Virus record (IMG/VR): IMGVR_UViG_3300010885_033832 | Span: 31,417 to 95,416 of that record | DNA: 64,000 bases | DNA from: a virus | Strand: one strand, 5' to 3' | In this document: in pieces, positions 29,004 through 37,533 of the stretch | Layout: every line of letters begins with the position of its first letter | How positions within the stretch are numbered: position 1 is the first letter of the stretch | The notes under the pieces: model-generated | The model's input: only the letters and a program-made list of their open reading frames with translations | Databases searched by the model: none | Told to the model about the DNA's origin: nothing | Made by a program: the position numbers and the translations under genes

Positions 29004-29116
29004 GTGATTCTCCCTTGCTTGTGTGAGCCGTGTTGCCCACACCTCAACGATAGCGCGGCCACACCCGACAACGCAACAACCCCCCCACCGCATAAGCGAT
29101 AGGGGGTTGTCGGCGG

Positions 29117-29296
29117 TTAGACAGGTTCGTTGTTGATTGTTCCGTTGGCGCAGGCTTGGTTGTATTCCTCAACTAGTCGCGTTGCGTTGTCCACTACGAT
29201 AAAGTTCGCACCTACTCCCTCACCGAAGATACCCTCTTCGGTAATCGCGCGAGTGATGAGCGTGTGGGCTTGTTTCAGGATTTCGTAATCCGTCAT
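29117..29296 (-). CDS. Cassette gene, 59 aa (MTDYEILKQAH...)
   Basis: GAAAGGA SD; below the track length cutoff. Confidence 0.75.
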   Translation of the reverse strand: MTDYEILKQAHTLITRAITEEGIFGEGVGANFIVVDNATRLVEEYNQACANGTINNEPV

Positions 29297-29364
29297 TTCG
29301 TTCCTTTCGTTCGGTTGAGAGTGTAGCGCGCCACCGTGTTCCCAACGGTGGCGCGCCGTGTCAC

Positions 29365-29547
29365 CTATTCGGTGACGGTGGCGTTCGCCGTGTTATCGGC
29401 GTTAGCCGTAGAGAGCTTTTCGATTTGGGCGTTGATTTCGCCCAACCGCATAGCGTTCTCCACCATCAACTCTGCCACCGTGTTTCGCATTTCTTTTAGG
29501 GTGGCGATTGAGTTTTCCAGAAACTCAATCTGTTCTTGCTTGTCCAT
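29365..29547 (-). CDS. Cassette gene, coiled-coil 60 aa
   Basis: GAAAGG SD; heptad pattern. Confidence 0.75.
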   Translation of the reverse strand: MDKQEQIEFLENSIATLKEMRNTVAELMVENAMRLGEINAQIEKLSTANADNTANATVTE

Positions 29548-29655
29548 TGGACACCTTTCGATTAGCGGGGCGTGTTCCCCACATTCACAACGATACGCCG
29601 AACGCCGAACAAACGCCAACACCCCCCACCTTTCGGCGGGGGGTGTCGCGTTCCG

Positions 29656-29781
29656 TTATTTCAGTTTGTCCAAGATTGCCATTATCTCGGCGCGTTGTGC
29701 TTCGGGCAACGCTTCGATTCGTTCCGCAGCGTCGGGGACGAAAAGGCTATCCAAATCGTCGGGGTTAGTCCAGTCGAACAT
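29656..29781 (-). CDS. Cassette microprotein, 41 aa
   Basis: GAAAGGAAACA-ATG. Confidence 0.75.
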   Translation of the reverse strand: MFDWTNPDDLDSLFVPDAAERIEALPEAQRAEIMAILDKLK

Positions 29782-29886
29782 TGTTTCCTTTCGGGGGCGG
29801 TTCCCCCATACCGCAAAGGTAGCACCGGCATCGGCCAGAACGCAAACACCCCCCACACCGTTAGGCGTAGGGGGCGTTCGTTCGCG

Positions 29887-30069
29887 TTACTTGTTCTTGG
29901 ACTTGGTGAACGGTGAGTGGTTCATCGCGTAGATGTATTGGCGTTGACGGCGATTGAACCGTGGGCGGTGCTTGAGCAGATAGAACCAGTTGATCGTGAA
30001 TAGCGTGACGGCGATACCCGTCACGAAACTCGCGACAACCGTCACGATGAATATCGTGTCGTTGGACAT
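29887..30069 (-). CDS. Single-TM membrane protein, 60 aa
   Basis: N-terminal TM helix and basic tail; GAGGG SD. Confidence 0.7.
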   Translation of the reverse strand: MSNDTIFIVTVVASFVTGIAVTLFTINWFYLLKHRPRFNRRQRQYIYAMNHSPFTKSKNK

Positions 30070-30134
30070 TGTTTCCCTCTCGTGAGAGTTGGGAACGGTG
30101 TGACCCTCTCGCGAGAGCCACACCGTTCGATGGA

Positions 30135-30422
30135 CTAGGGGAGGCGAACCGAAGTCACCGAAGCGACATTGGTGAACTCGCCTTTGGATACCGCTTCCGC
30201 GATAGCAGGGTACGCCGAGAGAATGGATTTGGTGTCCGTTGTCTTGCGTTCGGTGACGGTTACGCGAGCGATTGTCTGCCCTTTGTATTCCACCGTTCCC
30301 TCGCCGACCGCGCCGATGATGAGCGCGCGGAGCGTTTCACTCTGCTTGGTGAGTGTGTCGATTTCCGCCTTGAGAGCGCGGAACTCGGCGACCGCGTCAG
30401 CGACCTTTTTGGTTACGACCAT
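30135..30422 (-). CDS. Coiled-coil/beta protein resembling the C-terminal part of YqaJ-type exonucleases or Gam-like proteins; paralog of 43441-43734
   Basis: KAEIDTLTKQSETLRALII...YKGQTIA...DTKSILSAYPAI. Confidence 0.65.
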   Translation of the reverse strand: MVVTKKVADAVAEFRALKAEIDTLTKQSETLRALIIGAVGEGTVEYKGQTIARVTVTERKTTDTKSILSAYPAIAEAVSKGEFTNVASVTSVRLP

Positions 30423-30534
30423 TGTCGTGTCCTTTCGTTGGGAGAGGGCGTGTCCCTCTCGTGATTCCACTCTACGCGGCCACACCCGACAAACGCAAAC
30501 ACCCCCCACCTTTCGGTGGAGGGTGTTCGTGGCG

Positions 30535-30789
30535 TTAGCCGATGTAGCGAGCGTAAACGGTAACGCGCTTACTGCGGTTGGAGTTCTTGCGCGAAGTCGC
30601 TTCAAACGACCCAGCAGGGGTGAATCCAATCAAGATACCTCGCTTGATTGACACCACATAACTTGCTGGTGCGTTGTCGCTAACGACGGCCCATTCTCCT
30701 GGATTTGCTTTGAGGGCTTTAGCAATCGCCCCGTACTTACCTGTTTGCACAGCGCGCTTCGGCGGTGCTTCCCAGCGGATTTTTACCAC
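30535..30789 (-). CDS. Conserved actinophage small protein (NPGEWA...VYARYIG)
   Basis: AAAGGAGA SD; motif familiar from actinophage hypotheticals. Confidence 0.8.
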   Translation of the reverse strand: MVKIRWEAPPKRAVQTGKYGAIAKALKANPGEWAVVSDNAPASYVVSIKRGILIGFTPAGSFEATSRKNSNRSKRVTVYARYIG

Positions 30790-30897
30790 GTCTCTCCTTT
30801 GCGAGGGGCGTGTCCCCTCTCGGTTCTACTTTACGACCAGAGCGAACACAACGCAAACAACCCCCCCACCCGATAGGGCAGGGGGGCGCGGTTGGGG

Positions 30898-30990
30898 CTA
30901 GTACCCGAACACCCACTCACCTTTGTGTTCGCAGGTGAAGAGCGCACCGCACTCGTCGCACGGCACTAGCACAATCTCTTCGTTGTCCAT
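30898..30990 (-). CDS. Cassette microprotein, 30 aa (CDEC..C.H)
   Basis: AAAGGAGA SD; own promoter and terminator. Confidence 0.65.
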   Translation of the reverse strand: MDNEEIVLVPCDECGALFTCEHKGEWVFGY

Positions 30991-31100
30991 CGGTTCTCCT
31001 TTGTTGGCAGGGCGTGTTCCCCACATCTCCACCGTACGCGATCGTGGGGCGAACCGACAAACACCCCCCACCCTTTCGGGTGAGGGGCGTTCGGTTCAGG

Positions 31101-31589
31101 CTACCAACTTGCTCGGTAGGTGAAGTCACAATCGGCGAGTGACTTGTTGGCGAGTATCTGCGAGAGTTCGTCACGAGTGGTTTCCAAGTCCTTCCAGTAC
31201 CACTCGTCAATCTCGGTCGAACCGAAGAAGAAGCCAGCCTGTGGTGGCAGGTGTTCTTCCGCGATTGCCGTTCGGTTTGCTTCGCTCGCGCCGAGAATGA
31301 TGTCGCACAGGTTTCGCAACGCTTCCAAGCCGTCACGCGGTACGCCGATTTCTTGGCACTCGTCAAGCCCATCAGCGAAGTTGCTCACGAACCATTGGTG
31401 AATGGCGTTCGCTTTCCGCCAATACATTACCGTCACAGCGAGGGTCGCAGACGGCGAGTATTCGGGCAGTATCGCAGGGTCGAACCCTGCCGTTTCCAGC
31501 ACACTCGCAAACTGCTCGCGGTCTGCTTCGGGTCGGTGTTCCCAACCCGATAGGTACTTCTCGGCAGATAGATACATATCCAGTCCCAT
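31101..31589 (-). CDS. Conserved phage protein (MGLDMY...YWRKANAIHQWF family)
   Basis: Recognisable widespread phage motif; AAAGGA SD. Confidence 0.85.
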   Translation of the reverse strand: MGLDMYLSAEKYLSGWEHRPEADREQFASVLETAGFDPAILPEYSPSATLAVTVMYWRKANAIHQWFVSNFADGLDECQEIGVPRDGLEALRNLCDIILGASEANRTAIAEEHLPPQAGFFFGSTEIDEWYWKDLETTRDELSQILANKSLADCDFTYRASW

Positions 31590-31698
31590 TATGTTTCCTT
31601 TGCTTGGTGTGAACCGTGTTGCTCACATTTCCAAACTACGGCACCGGCGGCCACAACGCAAACAACCCCCCACCGTGAGGTGAGGGGTTGCTCGGCGG

Positions 31699-31905
31699 TC
31701 ACTCGTATTGAGCGTGGATTACATCCCAGCAGGGGAAGCAGTACGGCTCTCCGTTGTCGCGGTGAGTTTTCTTACCACAGGCATCACAGGGAACTTTCCC
31801 CTCTCCACCGTCATAGCACGAATAGCAGGTGTAACCGTCTTCTTCGAGAATGTCCTCGTCGAGTTGGTCGCAGGTACAGGTCGGGTTGTTCGGGTTCTTT
31901 TTCAT
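31699..31905 (-). CDS. Cys-rich zinc-finger protein, 68 aa
   Basis: Four Cys pairs; TGATG coupling. Confidence 0.7.
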   Translation of the reverse strand: MKKNPNNPTCTCDQLDEDILEEDGYTCYSCYDGGEGKVPCDACGKKTHRDNGEPYCFPCWDVIHAQYE

Positions 31906-32033
31906 CAGTTCCCCTCGCAATCGTGTCCGTAGGACAGTTCCTGCTCGTCAACCTCGTTGGTCGGGTCGAACACTCGCGAGCATTCGACACACTTGAGCAG
32001 AAGTCCTGCTCGCGTAATGGTGAGTTCCATCAT
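31905..32033 (-). CDS. Zinc-finger microprotein, 42 aa (CVEC...GHDCE)
   Basis: GAAAGGA SD. Confidence 0.7.
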   Translation of the reverse strand: MMELTITRAGLLLKCVECSRVFDPTNEVDEQELSYGHDCEGN

Positions 32034-32096
32034 CTCGGTTCCTTTCAGGGGCGGTTCCCCTCTACTTCCAATCTACGCGATCGGGGCGCAAACGCA

Positions 32097-32191
32097 AAGT
32101 ACCCCCCGAGCGAAAGGGATAACTCTCGGGGGGCGTTTCTTTGTGTGTGGCGTTACCGTCAAGGGGTAAACACGATTCCCTGACAACCACT
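32097..32191 (-). ncRNA. Candidate ~95-nt sRNA filling a gene-less cassette
   Basis: TGnTAGCCT -10 at 32198-32203; no SD or ORF; hairpin with G.U pairs and loop AAUCGUGUUUAC; terminator 32100-32134. Confidence 0.6.
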
Positions 32192-32275
32192 CCGTCTAGG
32201 CTACCACACCGTGACGCGCGCAAAATACCAAAACAACGAACCCCCCTACCGAAGTAGAGGGGTTCGCGGTGACCG

Positions 32276-32590
32276 TCAGACGGTGAGGTTGCTTGCTTGG
32301 ATTTCAGCGAGCGAGCGCGGTTCCCAGTAGAGGTCGCGTTCGACCATCATTCCCATCGGACCGACCACGCCTGAGAGTTCCGAGAGCGAGAAGTATCCCA
32401 ACTCCATCTCGAAGCCGTTGACCAGACCGAAGAACTGGTCTTCGCCATCGAACTCGGTTGCGTACCAAGTCCAGTTCGCCCAGGGGGTGAAGTACTTGAC
32501 CGTAGCCATCGTTTCCTCAAGCGACTTGTTCTCGTTCGTGTAGAGCGGTGGAAGTGCTGCGCGCACCTCGTCGTTCATCAGTTCCATCAT
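32276..32590 (-). CDS. DUF2958-family protein
   Basis: LPPLY...VKYFTPWANWTWYATEFDGED.FFGLV.GFE.ELGYFSLSEL...GP.G..VERDLY. Confidence 0.88.
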   Translation of the reverse strand: MMELMNDEVRAALPPLYTNENKSLEETMATVKYFTPWANWTWYATEFDGEDQFFGLVNGFEMELGYFSLSELSGVVGPMGMMVERDLYWEPRSLAEIQASNLTV

Positions 32591-32692
32591 TTCCTTTCGG
32601 GGAGAGTGTTTCTCTCCACACTTCGACTCTACGCGCCGACCTCGCAAAACGCAAACAACCCCCCTACCGAAGTAGGGGGGCGTTCGGGGGGA

Positions 32693-32818
32693 CTAGTCCT
32701 CGTCGCGACAATCCCAGCAGAGCCAAGAACCGAGGTTGTCGAACGCGTCGATGGGGTCACCGTCGTCGTATGCGCCACATTCGTCGCACACTATTTCGGC
32801 ATAAGGACTGATAGCCAT
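32693..32818 (-). CDS. Acidic zinc-finger microprotein, 41 aa
   Basis: CDEC...CWDC; GAAAGGA SD. Confidence 0.75.
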   Translation of the reverse strand: MAISPYAEIVCDECGAYDDGDPIDAFDNLGSWLCWDCRDED

Positions 32819-33046
32819 TGTGTTCCTTTCGGGGGGAGCGTTTCTCCCCACGCTTCTACAATACGACTCCGGCATCCGTAACGCAACGAACCCCCACCCG
32901 AAGGTGGGGGACTCGTCAGCGGTCGCGGTACTGCCAGTAGGTGTATAGAGTCCCGACGATGAAAGCGATCACATTCGGGAGGACGATTAGAACGAATATC
33001 AGCACTGAAGAAAAAAGGGGGAGCAGTTTCCCACTCCCCCAACCGA

Positions 33047-33370
33047 CTAGGCGTTAGCAGTTTCGCGCACGTTGACAGGGAACCACTGGTCGGCAACGAC
33101 CTCAACGAACGTGCCAGACCCTTCATCGTGTTCCCAGTCGCGGACCGTGACCGAACCGATGACCGTGATGTGGTCACCTCGGCGAACCGTTGCGATGATG
33201 TCGTACGCCATTTGGTCGAACGCCGTGAACGTGTAGTAGTTCCACTGGTCACCGCGCTCGTCGCGCTTCGTGCTGATTCGGAATGACGTAATCGCCGTTC
33301 CCTCGCTGGTCACCACTTGGCGTGGTGTTGTGGCAACAAGTGCGTTGCCGAGAATAATCGTGTCCGACAT
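33047..33370 (-). CDS. ssb: Second, shorter SSB paralog (OB fold only)
   Basis: ATTPRQVVTSEG.AITSFRI...NYYTFTAFD.MA...GDHITVIGSVTVRDW. Confidence 0.85.
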   Translation of the reverse strand: MSDTIILGNALVATTPRQVVTSEGTAITSFRISTKRDERGDQWNYYTFTAFDQMAYDIIATVRRGDHITVIGSVTVRDWEHDEGSGTFVEVVADQWFPVNVRETANA

Positions 33371-33456
33371 TCTGTCCTTTCCTGTGGCAGGCGTTTCCTC
33401 CCACACTTTGACACTACGCGAAAAAGGGGAGAGGCGCGAGCCTCCCCCCTCCGACA

Positions 33457-33579
33457 CTACTTGTCGAATCGCCAATCCTCGTCTGTGTCGTAGACGGCTT
33501 CCTCGGTTTCGTCCTCTGGGTCGTCTGGCGGAGTGTAGTACGCCCGCTCCGCGCGACCCTGGTCGCTGAAATATCCCAT
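33457..33579 (-). CDS. Highly acidic microprotein, 40 aa (MGYFSDQG...DEDWRFDK)
   Basis: GAAAGGA SD; cassette architecture. Confidence 0.65.
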   Translation of the reverse strand: MGYFSDQGRAERAYYTPPDDPEDETEEAVYDTDEDWRFDK

Positions 33580-33683
33580 TTCATTTTCCTTTCGGGGAGG
33601 GATTTCCTCCACACCTCAACCGTACACCCGACCCCGGACACGAAACAACCTCCCCCACCCGAGGGTGAGGGATGCTGTCGGGA

Positions 33684-34115
33684 TTACTCCCAGATGTTTC
33701 CGTCTGCTCCGTATTCCTCCCAAAGTACTTGGGCTTGAGCAATCGCTTCGTCGAGTTCGTGGAAGACCTCGCTAAACGATTCGTCTCCGTCACGGAGCGA
33801 GACAACCTCGAACCACGAATTGTTGATCCAATCGAAGTATTCCGCACCCTTGGCTTCCCATTCGGCAAGGTCGGCGTCCGTCTTGATACCGAATGACTCA
33901 AGGTCGTCCGTGTAGCGCAACACCTCGTAGTCCGAGAGTAGAGCCTTGCGAGCGTGAATCCGCATCTCTCCGTTGCGATAGACGCGGAACCGAGGTGTCG
34001 TGAAGTCGGCCCACACCAATTCCCAATCGTGAGTCCAAGTGTGGAAAGCCGAGTCCTGTCGAGCCGAGTCCGGCTCCAGAGGGAGGCTCACGCCTCCCTC
34101 CTTCGCCTGGCTCAT
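33684..34115 (-). CDS. Acidic Trp-rich hypothetical protein
   Basis: 143 aa; ATGA coupling. Confidence 0.8.
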   Translation of the reverse strand: MSQAKEGGVSLPLEPDSARQDSAFHTWTHDWELVWADFTTPRFRVYRNGEMRIHARKALLSDYEVLRYTDDLESFGIKTDADLAEWEAKGAEYFDWINNSWFEVVSLRDGDESFSEVFHELDEAIAQAQVLWEEYGADGNIWE

Positions 34116-34522
34116 TCGGATTCCTCGATGTCGCGGAGGTAGCCGACCTTGAACATCGCGCCCATCGGCTCGTCGTGCGAGTATCGGGTGCAGGTCAGGT
34201 TGCCCGACTCAGGGTCGTACTCGAAGTCAAGGCGGTACTGCCCATTGATTGCGAGCGTGTCAACGATGGTGCCGACCTTACAGATGGCGTGTCCCGAAAC
34301 TCGGTCCCAATTCATCGCCTCGCTCCAGATGACGATGTCCTCGGTGTTGGTGATTCCGTGACGACTCGTCCATTCGGGGAGAAAGTTCTCGCTGTAGTCC
34401 TCTTGGTTGTCGTCCCAGCACCCGTGACAATCATCGCTCGGTGTGGATTTGTCGGTCACTTCGTCGTACACCTCACAGGTACACTCGGTCGTGACGACGG
34501 CTTTCATAATTGTGTTGGTCAT
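34112..34522 (-). CDS. Acidic hypothetical protein (RYSHDEPMG)
   Basis: 136 aa; GAAAGGA SD. Confidence 0.8.
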   Translation of the reverse strand: MTNTIMKAVVTTECTCEVYDEVTDKSTPSDDCHGCWDDNQEDYSENFLPEWTSRHGITNTEDIVIWSEAMNWDRVSGHAICKVGTIVDTLAINGQYRLDFEYDPESGNLTCTRYSHDEPMGAMFKVGYLRDIEESE

Positions 34523-34548
34523 AACTTTCCTTTCCGCAGGGAATCTCC

Positions 34549-34824
34549 CTACACCTCAACACTACGCTTCGACCTAACTGTGGTCAAGTACCCCTCCCAC
34601 TCGTTCGTCAGGTGCCCAGCGGAGATGAGTATGTCCCCAACCGTGAGTCCGAGTCCCTTGGCGAGTAGCGCGAGGTAGTCACTCGACACCTCTTTCTTTC
34701 CGTGCTCGACCTCAGAGATGTAGGCGTTCGATACTCCCGAGGCTCGGGCGAGCTCGAGTCCGGTCATACCGAGATCGTGTCGGCGTGCGTAGATCGTGTA
34801 CCCAATGGCAGCGCGTGATTTCAT
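34549..34824 (-). CDS. XRE-family HTH regulator, ClgR-like
   Basis: ELARASGVSNAYISEVEHGKKEVSSDYL resembles ClgR YLSEVERGxKExSSE. Confidence 0.85.
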   Translation of the reverse strand: MKSRAAIGYTIYARRHDLGMTGLELARASGVSNAYISEVEHGKKEVSSDYLALLAKGLGLTVGDILISAGHLTNEWEGYLTTVRSKRSVEV

Positions 34825-34882
34825 GTCGTTCCTTTCGTGAACGGAGCGAAGCGCACCCCCGAAAGGGTGCGCTCCGTCTTGG

Positions 34883-35209
34883 TCAGTCTTCCTCGTCCTC
34901 GTCAAAGCCCTGAGGAATGAGGTCGCAGAACCCATCGTTCGGGTTCTCGTGGTTGGTGTAGACAGCGTTCACGAACCGAAGGCCGCACGACTCCTCGTAC
35001 CACTCCTTCACCTTTTCCAGCATGGCGTATGAGTCCATGTCGCTCGCCGAGATGAGAGGGTCGTAGCCGTACTCCGCCATTTGCTTCATCTGCTCCTCGT
35101 CCATCAAGATATAAATCTTGTGGCAGGTGTCGAACGCGATGCCACTAGCCTCCGAGAGTGCCGACTCAACAGCACCCCAGCCAGTCTGACCTTTGAGTTT
35201 CAGTTTCAT
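34883..35209 (-). CDS. Conserved phage protein (IAFDTCHKIY...SCGLRF)
   Basis: 108 aa; GAAAGG SD. Confidence 0.8.
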   Translation of the reverse strand: MKLKLKGQTGWGAVESALSEASGIAFDTCHKIYILMDEEQMKQMAEYGYDPLISASDMDSYAMLEKVKEWYEESCGLRFVNAVYTNHENPNDGFCDLIPQGFDEDEED

Positions 35210-35308
35210 TATGTGCCTTTCCGTGGCAGACCATCTGCCCACAACATCACTCTACGCCGACAGCGAAACCAACGCAAGTAGGGGGTCACCGAAGTGACCC
35301 CCCATTGC

Positions 35309-35629
35309 CTAGCGATTGGTGCGTGACCGAACGAACGCGTCAGCGTGTTGAGCGAACTGCGAACCGAGGTCCGAGAACGAGCGGTCAAGACCCGACCCCG
35401 TAGATTCGGTGTCAATGAACGCGAGGAGCGTGACACGAGCAAGTGCTTGGTGCAACTCGTCGTAGTACTCGTACCAGTCGTTCGCTACTCCGTCACTCCA
35501 AGCGAGGAGGTATTGCGACCGACCCGTTCCCGTGTCCTTCTCAACGAACGAGATCGTGACCTGCGTTCCGATGAACAACTCGGACAGGTCAATCCTGCGA
35601 GCGGTGACTACTGTGTCGAAGTCCGACAT
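35309..35629 (-). CDS. Cassette gene, 106 aa
   Basis: GAAAGGA SD. Confidence 0.8.
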   Translation of the reverse strand: MSDFDTVVTARRIDLSELFIGTQVTISFVEKDTGTGRSQYLLAWSDGVANDWYEYYDELHQALARVTLLAFIDTESTGSGLDRSFSDLGSQFAQHADAFVRSRTNR

Positions 35630-35721
35630 AGTGATCCTTTCCGTAGGGAGCGTTTCCCCCCACACCTCAACGATACGCAAAAAAGGAGGAGAGGTCAACG
35701 ACCCCTCCTCCTCTCTTGCGG

Positions 35722-36165
35722 TTAGACCGAAGCGTTCTCGGTCACCGCCATTGCTTCCTGCCAGATACACAGGTTGGTTTCCAGACGGTCACCGAACACG
35801 CGAACCCAGTCCGCGAGGTCAACCGTTTCCTCGGTCACGAATGTCTGGAGCATATTGACGTGGAGGTCAACGGGGTGAGCGTACGAGAACCCGTTGCTTG
35901 ACCAGACGGGGACGGTCACGATTCGACTGTCCTCGTCACTCCGCCAACCGACTCCCTCGGTTCCGATGATGGCGACCCGGGGCTTCCTCCACGAGTCCGT
36001 GTCCTTGAGCGTGACGAAGACCAGCGGTTCGACCTCGCACTTCTCAAGCCCATCGAACTTGCCGTAGGTCAGTTCGAGGATTTTGTGGATGTGCTTGGTC
36101 AACGCCTCGCTGTCCACCTTGTGGGCAATGCAGCCTTTCCTGCGGGATTCATACCTGTCGTTCAT
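35722..36165 (-). CDS. Cassette gene, 147 aa
   Basis: GAAAGGAACACA-ATG. Confidence 0.8.
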   Translation of the reverse strand: MNDRYESRRKGCIAHKVDSEALTKHIHKILELTYGKFDGLEKCEVEPLVFVTLKDTDSWRKPRVAIIGTEGVGWRSDEDSRIVTVPVWSSNGFSYAHPVDLHVNMLQTFVTEETVDLADWVRVFGDRLETNLCIWQEAMAVTENASV

Positions 36166-36250
36166 TGTGTTCCTTTCGGTGGCCGACCCTCGGCCACATT
36201 CCCAAACTACGCGAGAAAGGGGAGAGGTGCAAGCACCCCTCCCCAATCGG

Positions 36251-36745
36251 TCACACGAAGTCGCTGACCGTGTCGCGTTCGCGAGAGACCTTGTAGTCCT
36301 CGTCCGAGTAGAAGTCTTTCGACTGTACCCACTCGTCACGCGCGGTTGACTCTCCGTACTGCTCAACCAACTCCGAAGCGTCAATCTCGTGGTCGTAGGA
36401 AACACCGTCAATCTCAAACTCAACATTGACGTAGCCCATTTCAGAGACCAGTTCGTCCCACATTTCCGAGATGTAATCGGAAGCGAGAATCGGACGAAGC
36501 GTTCCGTACTTCATCATCACGCCGACCTCGTTCTCCCACTCACCGACCTTGTAGTTCTCGAACAACTCCTCGTCTGTGTCGTAGTAGAGGGCGTGTCCGT
36601 CCTGAAGCGCGTTGGCCGCGACCAAGAATCGCGCCCACTTCTGCTCCGTGGTTTCCTCCTCCAACGGAACGCCATTGACACTCACGGCAGTTGCGTTGTC
36701 GAAGCGGTGTTCTTGACCGTCTGCGGTCGAGACAATAACCAGCAT
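36251..36745 (-). CDS. Very acidic cassette protein, 164 aa
   Basis: GAAAGGA SD; D/E-rich. Confidence 0.82.
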   Translation of the reverse strand: MLVIVSTADGQEHRFDNATAVSVNGVPLEEETTEQKWARFLVAANALQDGHALYYDTDEELFENYKVGEWENEVGVMMKYGTLRPILASDYISEMWDELVSEMGYVNVEFEIDGVSYDHEIDASELVEQYGESTARDEWVQSKDFYSDEDYKVSRERDTVSDFV

Positions 36746-36839
36746 TGCTTCCTTTCCGTGGCAGAACCGTTCTGCTCACATTCCCAAACTACGACAAAAG
36801 GGAGGAGGTCGCAATGACCCCCTCCCCTCGTGTCGCTTC

Positions 36840-37166
36840 TTACGCGAAGACCCGACCGGCAATCCCCAGTGCTTCGACCACACGGCTCACGGCGAAGAGC
36901 GAGTCTCCCCCGATGTGCCATTCGTAGAGTTCGTCCATTTCTGGCGCACCGTCTTCGTATCGCTTCCAGTCGTACAGCGTTACTCGAGTACCGTCCTCGA
37001 ACAGCAAGTCCCACTCGGTCGTAACCTTGCTTCCCGAGTCGTTCCCTAGAGAGATGGTTGGTGATCCAAACACCGTCTCGATGTGTTCACGAGTTGTCTC
37101 GATGTACCCTTGCAGACTCGTTCCGTTTGCACCCGAGTCGTTCTCGGATAGTGTCATAAATTTCAC
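36840..37166 (-). CDS. Conserved phage protein (TSLQGYI...LYDWK...EWHIGG)
   Basis: Recognisable phage motif; GAAAGGA SD. Confidence 0.8.
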   Translation of the reverse strand: MKFMTLSENDSGANGTSLQGYIETTREHIETVFGSPTISLGNDSGSKVTTEWDLLFEDGTRVTLYDWKRYEDGAPEMDELYEWHIGGDSLFAVSRVVEALGIAGRVFA

Positions 37167-37220
37167 TGCTTGTTGTCCTTTCGGTTGGTGGTGAGGGGAG
37201 GCCGCAACCTCCCCTCGCCG

Positions 37221-37457
37221 TTACTCGTTTCGTTCGCGAATGAGCGTGAACTCAAACTCGTCCGTGTCCTTGTCGAACGCCCGTTGGAACTCGGCTTCGT
37301 CTTGGAAGTAGAACCAAATCATATTGTCGAAACTCTCGTCCTCCACCATTTTCTCGTAGAGGTCGGGGTCGTTCAGTATGACCACTTGCGCTTCTGTATC
37401 TCCTGGCACGACTTCATCTTTCCAGATGTAGTCAACCCACGTTACTCGTTCAGCCAT
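37221..37457 (-). CDS. Acidic cassette protein, 78 aa
   Basis: AAAGGAAACACA-ATG. Confidence 0.78.
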   Translation of the reverse strand: MAERVTWVDYIWKDEVVPGDTEAQVVILNDPDLYEKMVEDESFDNMIWFYFQDEAEFQRAFDKDTDEFEFTLIRERNE

Positions 37458-37533
37458 TGTGTTTCCTTTCGTTGTGGCAATCCAAGTCAACCACGAAAGG
37501 GGGGAGAGGTCAACGACCCCTCCCCCCTGACCG

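Noticed and set aside
32916-33005. 29-codon hydrophobic ORF after the second ssb terminator
   Set aside because: No SD or promoter; may be a cassette remnant, not supportable as a gene
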